Positions 58,932 to 64,000 of a stretch of DNA of 64,000 nucleotides are shown piece by piece. The DNA lies in assembly GCA_037441675.1 (NCBI GenBank), contig JBBIRS010000001.1:1-64000 (forward strand), in the 5' to 3' direction. Under the pieces are notes generated by a model. It worked only from the letters and a program-made list of their open reading frames with translations, did not search any database and was not told where the DNA came from. The first letter of the stretch is position 1. Each line of letters opens with the position of its first letter. The DNA comes from Planctomycetales bacterium (lineage in GTDB: Bacteria; 4484-113). The translations under genes were made by a program, and so were the position numbers.

Positions 58932-59846
58932 ATGCTTGTCCGTCTTAGAAACTTCTTGATAAAAACGATAGTACGCTTCCTAATCCTTATCACCAGGTTT
59001 ATGCCTCCAGGCATCTTCGTCGCCCTTTGTCCGATAATTGTCTTTATAGCTTGGCATATCCTGCTTAAACTTAGAAAAGTTACGCTGAGGAACTTGGAGT
59101 TGTGTTTAGGTGGAGAACTTCCAAAAAGAGAAAGGCTTAGGTTAGCAAATCATATCTACAGAAACATCTATTTCACTGCAATTGAGTTTATCTACTTTAT
59201 GCACTGGGATAACAAGAAAATGGAAAGCATAGCTGTTAAGGTTACAGGTTGGGAGCACTTAGAGCGAGCCTTAAAGGAGGGTAAAGGCGTGATTGGTTTA
59301 GCGATGCACTATGGGAACTGGGAGTATTCAGGAGCTTTTCTTCCGCTAAAAGGTGTTCCTTTGGTAGCTGTTGGGAAGGAACAGCGTGATGAATTCTTCA
59401 CAGAGCTTGCGTTTCAAACACGTGTAAAACTTGGCATTGAAAATATTGCTAGAGGAGATAAATTTTCATCCGTTCTTGTTCGAGCCATTAGAGATGGCAA
59501 GGTTTTAGGCTTACTGGCTGATCAAAATGGGGGAATCGATGGAAGGTTCGTTCCGTTCTTTAATCTTCCGGCTAGCACGGTTCGCGGGCCTGCCCAGCTT
59601 GCACTGAAATTTGGTTCACCACTAATTTTGATACTAGCCAGAAGGCTCGCTCCCTTTGCATTTGAGATTCTGGTAAAACCACCTCTACAATACCGTCTCA
59701 CTGGCGATTATGAGCAAGATGAAAGCTCAATACTTACTCAGATAAATAAGCTATATGAGGAGGTCATAAGAGAGGAGCCGAGTCAGTGGCTTTGGTTTCA
59801 TAAAAGATTCAAAACTCGCCCTCCCGGTGAGCCACCCCTCTATTAG
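58932..59846 (+). CDS. Lipid A late acyltransferase family (LpxL/HtrB-like)
   Basis: HYGNWE, LADQ, VPFF, P.QWLWFHKRFKT. Confidence 0.88.
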   Translation: MLVRLRNFLIKTIVRFLILITRFMPPGIFVALCPIIVFIAWHILLKLRKVTLRNLELCLGGELPKRERLRLANHIYRNIYFTAIEFIYFMHWDNKKMESIAVKVTGWEHLERALKEGKGVIGLAMHYGNWEYSGAFLPLKGVPLVAVGKEQRDEFFTELAFQTRVKLGIENIARGDKFSSVLVRAIRDGKVLGLLADQNGGIDGRFVPFFNLPASTVRGPAQLALKFGSPLILILARRLAPFAFEILVKPPLQYRLTGDYEQDESSILTQINKLYEEVIREEPSQWLWFHKRFKTRPPGEPPLY

Positions 59847-59921
59847 GATTTTTCTCTCTAGAACCTAGTAACTAAATACCTTATCCTATGGTATTGCGGA
59901 AAACAGATTTTAGCGTGCTAA

Positions 59922-61274
59922 TCACATATTCAACTGAGGTAGACTTATCTTCCCATATCCAAAGGCTTCCATAATGGGCCCAAGATAATAAATGCTTCCC
60001 GCTACGATTGCATTTCCTCCTTCTCGTACGTATGTTTTTGCATATTGAGTTTTTTCTTTGAAGGACGCTTTTTCCAAAAGACAGTTTATTCCCAAAATTT
60101 CTAGAGCATCCTTAATATTCTCAATCTGTTCAGGATGAAGAATGGGAAGATGTATCGGTATCGCCCCCACGACTTTATGCTTAATATGCTTAACCATATT
60201 CAAGATATTCTTTCCCTGTTGACACCCGAATAATAATAGGAATCGCTCTTCTGGCGGGAAGTATGCTTCTATTGTTTGATTCAAGACCTGAAACCCCTGC
60301 TCATTGTGCGCTGCGTCAAAGATAACAATGCCAGCCCCGCTCCTCTGAACTTCAAATCTTCCACGATAGTCCACTGCCAATTTTTCAGGAATCTTGATTA
60401 AATTGGCTTTGATTATATTTTTCAAAAGCACGATGGATAGGTTGATGGCAAGTTCCAAATTGTACTCTTGGTATATTCCTAGCAGATTCGTAAATAAAGT
60501 TTTAGGTACAAGAGTATCAGTACCTCTACCCACCTGTAATTGCTCCGTGGAAAAAAACTGAATTGACAAGGATGGGTCTGCATTTGCCCTATGGACTAAT
60601 ACCAGGGGGGGATACAATTCAGCGCCCTTTAATTTAGCTAATCTAGTAATAAGAGAATATGGAATTGATGAGTTTTCATTCCCATTGGAAAGGCTTCTGC
60701 TTAATAATAGAGGAACACCTTCAGATAAAATCCCAGCCTTTTCGAATGCAATTGAGGAGAGATTACTACCGAGGTAAGCTTCGTGATCGTAAGCTATTCC
60801 AGTAATAGCTGTGATTGCTCTGGGTAAAACATTGCTAGCGTCAAATCTACCACCTAATCCTACTTCCACTAGACAAATCTCTATGTCCAAGAGATCAAAT
60901 ACTAGAAGTGCAGTAAGAAGGGTTGCTTCAAAAAAACTTATATTTACTTCGCATCTCTCTAATTTTTTTTTGAGGAAGCTAACAGCCTCACTGAATATAT
61001 CCGGCTCAACAGTTTTCCCATCAATGCGGACTCTTTCTAAAACGCTGAAAATATGAGGCTTTATGAATGAACCAATCCTACAACTTCCATTCAGAATGCG
61101 CTCCGAAAAGGCTATTACACTTCCCTTGCCATTTGTTCCCCCAACCAGAACAGTTGGCGTCTTAAAAGCCTTAAGGCCAAGTTCGTTAAGAACTCTTCTT
61201 AACCTGTTGAGGTCAAGATCTACTTTCCCAGGCTGAAGGTTAAGTAAAAATCTTTCCGCTTGCTGTATATTCAC
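59922..61274 (-). CDS. folC: Dihydrofolate/folylpolyglutamate synthase
   Basis: GTNGKGS, PH....ERVR, EVGLGGRFDASN, DH...LG, EKAGI, GRFE, DAAHN, GSIY. Confidence 0.93.
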   Translation of the reverse strand: MNIQQAERFLLNLQPGKVDLDLNRLRRVLNELGLKAFKTPTVLVGGTNGKGSVIAFSERILNGSCRIGSFIKPHIFSVLERVRIDGKTVEPDIFSEAVSFLKKKLERCEVNISFFEATLLTALLVFDLLDIEICLVEVGLGGRFDASNVLPRAITAITGIAYDHEAYLGSNLSSIAFEKAGILSEGVPLLLSRSLSNGNENSSIPYSLITRLAKLKGAELYPPLVLVHRANADPSLSIQFFSTEQLQVGRGTDTLVPKTLFTNLLGIYQEYNLELAINLSIVLLKNIIKANLIKIPEKLAVDYRGRFEVQRSGAGIVIFDAAHNEQGFQVLNQTIEAYFPPEERFLLLFGCQQGKNILNMVKHIKHKVVGAIPIHLPILHPEQIENIKDALEILGINCLLEKASFKEKTQYAKTYVREGGNAIVAGSIYYLGPIMEAFGYGKISLPQLNM

Positions 61275-61427
61275 TTCTTCAAATTTTACTCAATTCGCCT
61301 TTACCCTGCTCCTTCTGCCGTATAATTATCAAGAGGAGTGTTTGACTTTTATAATTTGAGAGATTATACTGTCAGTTTACGTTTACCAATAAACCACTGA
61401 AAGGTTAAGCCACACTTGGAGAGGAAT

Positions 61428-62981
61428 ATGAAAAAAGCCATAATGTGGACTTCAATGGGAAGATTCTTGATTTATTTGACTACATTTCTTTTTAGCTTTT
61501 CAACAACCGTTTCAGCGCAAGGTGGCAGGGAAACAGCCAAACCCAAAGAGTACAAGCGTCCGTGGTACGCTATTTTTGAGCAGAATCTAGCGAAGTACGG
61601 CATACAAGTTCAAGATATCCCTTATGTTCCCATTTTGGATTATTCCCAGTCATGTTCCCTTTGTCACCTGAGATATTTCCAACAATGGCAGGCATCACCT
61701 CACGGAAGGTCATTTGTTGATCCTTTCTTTCAACAAGCTTGGAGCGAATATCACGAGTTTTATATGAGGGAAAGTGAAATATCATCCCGTGCTTCTTGGC
61801 TTGGTGAAAAACGCGCGGGGCAAGAACTACCGGGTGAAGCCCAACCACTGCAGAGAGTTGATTGCCTCTCTTGCCACTCTCCTTCCCTTAACGTTGAAAT
61901 TGAGTTTTCAACTAATGAACCACTAAAGGAATTCTTAAAAGCAATGCGGCAGGGATACATCCCCAAGATAGAGGATGTATCTAGCGGGAGAGTAGATCCA
62001 GTGCTCGCTATAGATAAAAAGCCCAGGCCGGGAACTGATATAGCTAGTAGAAGGCAGTTAAACTACTGGCAAAGGTTGAACGACTACGTTAAGGATGGAG
62101 TAAGTTGTGATTATTGCCACACAATAACAAGAATGGGGCTTCCAACGGATCGTACTCAGATAATGTTTCCAGAGCTCTACAATCAATACTATGGCGTTTC
62201 TTATGAACACCGCTTTGGACTTCAGAAGTTTGGACCCATTGAGGAAACCCCCACATCAGGGCACACAATCGGTTACTCTCCGGTTTACCAGGATTCTCTC
62301 TTTTGCGCTCCGTGTCATCAGGAAGTTAATGCTTACGGTGTGGTTGTTCAGGACACATACAATGAATGGCTTAGCTCTCCATATTCTAGGCCAGGGAGAA
62401 ACTATAAGACTTGTCAGAGTTGTCATATGCCAAGCGCGCAGAGTTTAGGCTTACCACCAATTCCACCTTCAAAGCATGGTCCAGACCGAGAGGATGCCCA
62501 TATGCACGACTTTCGTGGAACAACACCCGATTTTCTCCGAACCGCTGCTGAAGTTTCCCTCGTGGCGGAGAGAGATGAAAATACTATAAAGGCAACTGTA
62601 ACTATTACTAACACGGGCACTGGACATATGCTTCCAACTGGTAAACCTTATCACCAGCTTGTATTAGTAGTGCGCGCTGAAGACGAAGAGGGTCGCGTAT
62701 TCTTTGAAGAGATTAAAGAGTACGAGAAGAAGTTGGGCAAAGCCCTAGACTTTCGCAGTGATGTTCCTTACTGGGAAGCTGATTATGTAGTTTACGATAA
62801 TCGTATACCACCTCAGGAAAGTGTCACGGAAAACTTGGAAATTGATGCCTCTGGTGTCTCAGGGACCGTTTACGTTTCTGCTCAACTTTTCTACCGTCGG
62901 GCTAGTAAGTCAGTCACCAAAGTTTATCAGCTCATCGATAAGCCAATTCAAATTCACTCCGCTGTAGCTGAGGTATCCTAA
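61428..62981 (+). CDS. Secreted pentaheme cytochrome c with C-terminal Ig-like domain
   Basis: Signal peptide; CSLCH, CLSCH, CDYCH, CAPCH, CQSCH; W..S.H, TYNEW..SPY, H.F.G, N..GH.LPTG. Confidence 0.88.
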   Translation: MKKAIMWTSMGRFLIYLTTFLFSFSTTVSAQGGRETAKPKEYKRPWYAIFEQNLAKYGIQVQDIPYVPILDYSQSCSLCHLRYFQQWQASPHGRSFVDPFFQQAWSEYHEFYMRESEISSRASWLGEKRAGQELPGEAQPLQRVDCLSCHSPSLNVEIEFSTNEPLKEFLKAMRQGYIPKIEDVSSGRVDPVLAIDKKPRPGTDIASRRQLNYWQRLNDYVKDGVSCDYCHTITRMGLPTDRTQIMFPELYNQYYGVSYEHRFGLQKFGPIEETPTSGHTIGYSPVYQDSLFCAPCHQEVNAYGVVVQDTYNEWLSSPYSRPGRNYKTCQSCHMPSAQSLGLPPIPPSKHGPDREDAHMHDFRGTTPDFLRTAAEVSLVAERDENTIKATVTITNTGTGHMLPTGKPYHQLVLVVRAEDEEGRVFFEEIKEYEKKLGKALDFRSDVPYWEADYVVYDNRIPPQESVTENLEIDASGVSGTVYVSAQLFYRRASKSVTKVYQLIDKPIQIHSAVAEVS

Positions 62982-63054
62982 CAGATTCATTAAAGATTCT
63001 TTTCGCTGGTTTTAATTCTCACACGTGGACGTGGAACAAGACTACTCAAAATAA

Positions 63055-63930
63055 ATGAACCAAGTTACCTGGTCAATACATGGAACTAGCATCACCCTTG
63101 ACACACCGCTAGTAATGGGAATTTTGAACGTTACACCAGATTCTTTCTATTCAGGGGGACGCGTATACACAAACATTAGTGAAGCTATCTCCTACGTAGA
63201 AGAAATGGTAAATGCAGGTGCTTCAATAATTGATATTGGTGGAGAATCAACTCGTCCTAATGCTGAACAAGTATCTGTGGAAGAGGAGCTCAGACGAGTG
63301 TTACCGGTTTTGAAAACACTTCAGGATAGATTTCCCCAAGTATTTTATTCGGTGGACACTTATAAAGCTAAAGTTGCCCGGGAAGCTATTGAATCAGGTG
63401 TTCATATCATCAACGATATTTCAGCTTGTAGCTTGGATGAGAATCTCCTCTCAATTATTGCCGAGGCGGATTGTGGTTACGTTTTAATGCATATGCAGGG
63501 GAATCCGCAGACTATGCAAATTGCTCCATACTACAACGACGTAATAACTGAAGTCTACGAATTCTTTGAAAACAAATTAAATAGCTTAGAAAAAAGCGGA
63601 TTGGACAGAGCAAGAATTGTAATAGATCCTGGTATAGGCTTTGGGAAGCGACTGGAAGATAACCTAAAGCTAATTTCAAACGCTAACTCGTTTCATAGTC
63701 TTGGACGGCCCTTGCTTTACGGTGTCTCCCGTAAATCATTTTTAGGCAAGCTTCTGAATAGGGACTTGGAAGATAGACTTCCTGGCTCAGTAGCCGCCCA
63801 TATCATTTTACTGTTGCAGGGTGTCAAAATTTTACGGGTTCACGATGTTGGTCCTGCCATTGACGCAATTAAGGTTTATCTCTCTTTTCTTGAACATCGC
63901 CCAAAGTCACCTGTAATCCCTATATGTTAG
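63055..63930 (+). CDS. folP: Dihydropteroate synthase
   Basis: MGILNVTPDSF, DIGGESTRP, SVDT, MHMQG.P, DPGIGFGK, SRKSF, RVHDV. Confidence 0.97.
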   Translation: MNQVTWSIHGTSITLDTPLVMGILNVTPDSFYSGGRVYTNISEAISYVEEMVNAGASIIDIGGESTRPNAEQVSVEEELRRVLPVLKTLQDRFPQVFYSVDTYKAKVAREAIESGVHIINDISACSLDENLLSIIAEADCGYVLMHMQGNPQTMQIAPYYNDVITEVYEFFENKLNSLEKSGLDRARIVIDPGIGFGKRLEDNLKLISNANSFHSLGRPLLYGVSRKSFLGKLLNRDLEDRLPGSVAAHIILLLQGVKILRVHDVGPAIDAIKVYLSFLEHRPKSPVIPIC

Positions 63931-64000
63931 CGAGAAGAATAATTGTTTCCGGAGTTGTGCAGGGTGTAGGCTATAGATTCTTCGCTGTCAGAGTAGCTAA

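Noticed and set aside
572..62654. Numerous 60-140 aa ORFs overlapping larger genes (e.g. 572-820, 1075-1386, 11254-11562, 35036-35362, 48370-48786, 50191-50580, 53704-54090)
   Set aside because: They are antisense or alternate-frame shadows of well-supported genes, with no recognisable motifs.
1..64000. CRISPR array, rRNA, transposase/integrase, reverse transcriptase or DGR
   Set aside because: By eye I found no regularly spaced repeats in the intergenic regions and no ORF with the relevant motifs. A computational repeat scan was not possible.

Overview
Bacterial chromosomal window of roughly 40% GC (estimated by eye). The organism looks like a diderm (lpxA, LpxL-like acyltransferase, MsbA-like exporter, lptB) with Terrabacteria-like traits (BshB1-like deacetylase, SpoIID, DUF2905, Rex box, split cytochrome b6/subunit IV); I cannot assign the lineage. 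The first ~4.4 kb is phage-derived and has two convergent parts. On the + strand is the end of a probable structural/lysis region with an M15 endolysin. On the - strand is a portal-scaffold-major capsid module with no adjacent terminase; it has its own sigma70-type promoter and phased direct repeats, its portal is frameshifted, and its capsid gene is cut off at ~1953. The rest is mostly housekeeping and envelope/signalling genes: an ECF sigma/anti-sigma/RseB-like cluster, a Ser/Thr kinase, tRNA-CAT with tilS, purA, dprA-topA, lexA, parB, asnS, gyrB, fabG/fabF, folC and folP. It also carries a tetraheme-Rieske-b6-subunit IV-nonaheme cytochrome operon, a surface S8 protease paired with a dockerin-bearing lipoprotein, and a pentaheme cytochrome. 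Features not visible in the ORF track are a heavily decayed QrcC/ActB2-type Fe-S pseudogene upstream of the cytochrome operon, a CTG start codon for fabG, a near-perfect Rex box before ald, a candidate LexA box, and repeated leaderless-type promoters. I saw no CRISPR array, rRNA, integrase or transposase. All calls come from motif recognition; no database searches were run.
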